Shown: positions 63,865 to 64,000 of the stretch, one piece after another | How the letters are laid out: every line of letters starts with the position of its first letter | Position numbering within the stretch: the stretch's first letter is position 1 | Source: a virus | Lineage: Duplodnaviria > Caudoviricetes | Length of the DNA stretch: 64,000 nt | Strand: one strand, 5' to 3' | IMG/VR virus record: IMGVR_UViG_3300025679_000005 | The notes under the pieces: model-generated | Database searches by the model: none | Seen by the model: the letters and a program-made list of their open reading frames with translations, nothing else | Told to the model about the DNA's origin: nothing | Made by a program: the position numbers and the translations under genes

Positions 63865-64000
63865 CTCGACCGAAGATGTACAGTGTGAGGACTCTCGAAC
63901 TATGTATGCGGTCACACCCCTGAGTCAATGGGAACGCTTGGCATTGGACAATCCACTGGATCCCCCCGACCCAAACGCTCCCAGCTACTTGTGTAGGGAG

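Noticed and set aside
1-64000. tRNA or rRNA genes and stop-codon reassignment
   Set aside because: No cloverleaf or T-arm context found in intergenic regions; well-supported genes end in TAA, TAG and TGA without in-frame interruptions

Overview
The window looks like part of a large (jumbo-type) bacteriophage genome. This is an inference from dense small ORFs, frequent strand switches, overlapping stop/start codons, several homing-endonuclease-like genes, an intein, lysis genes and host-like auxiliary genes; no capsid or terminase gene is present to prove it. Recognisable genes include a nitrilase-family hydrolase, ClpX, Ku, topoisomerase IB, a Dam methylase, RNase HII, a CCA-adding enzyme, a GT51 transglycosylase, an endolysin, a 2H phosphoesterase, a vWA protein, a nicotinamidase, an AAA+ ATPase, a J-domain protein, an RlmN-like radical SAM enzyme, and an OmpA/ABC transporter operon whose ATPase carries an intein. 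Four TnpB-family genes are present. The main discovery is at 20653-23084 (minus strand). A 649-aa enlarged TnpB/Cas12-like RuvC protein with an intact D-E-D triad is translationally coupled to the upstream gene and has no transposon left end or tnpA. It is followed by a structured non-coding region with an anti-repeat, a leader-like segment and a mini CRISPR array (3 identical 37-nt repeats, two 40-nt spacers), and no cas1/cas2 lies in the window. This is a candidate compact, phage-encoded type V system that may be a TnpB-to-Cas12 intermediate. Other notable signals are a GGTGTA element 9-14 nt upstream of many operon-first genes, two short peptide motifs shared by unrelated proteins, and a DHH phosphoesterase carrying a PheRS-alpha-like tRNA-binding insert. 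All family assignments come from motif recognition by eye, not database searches.
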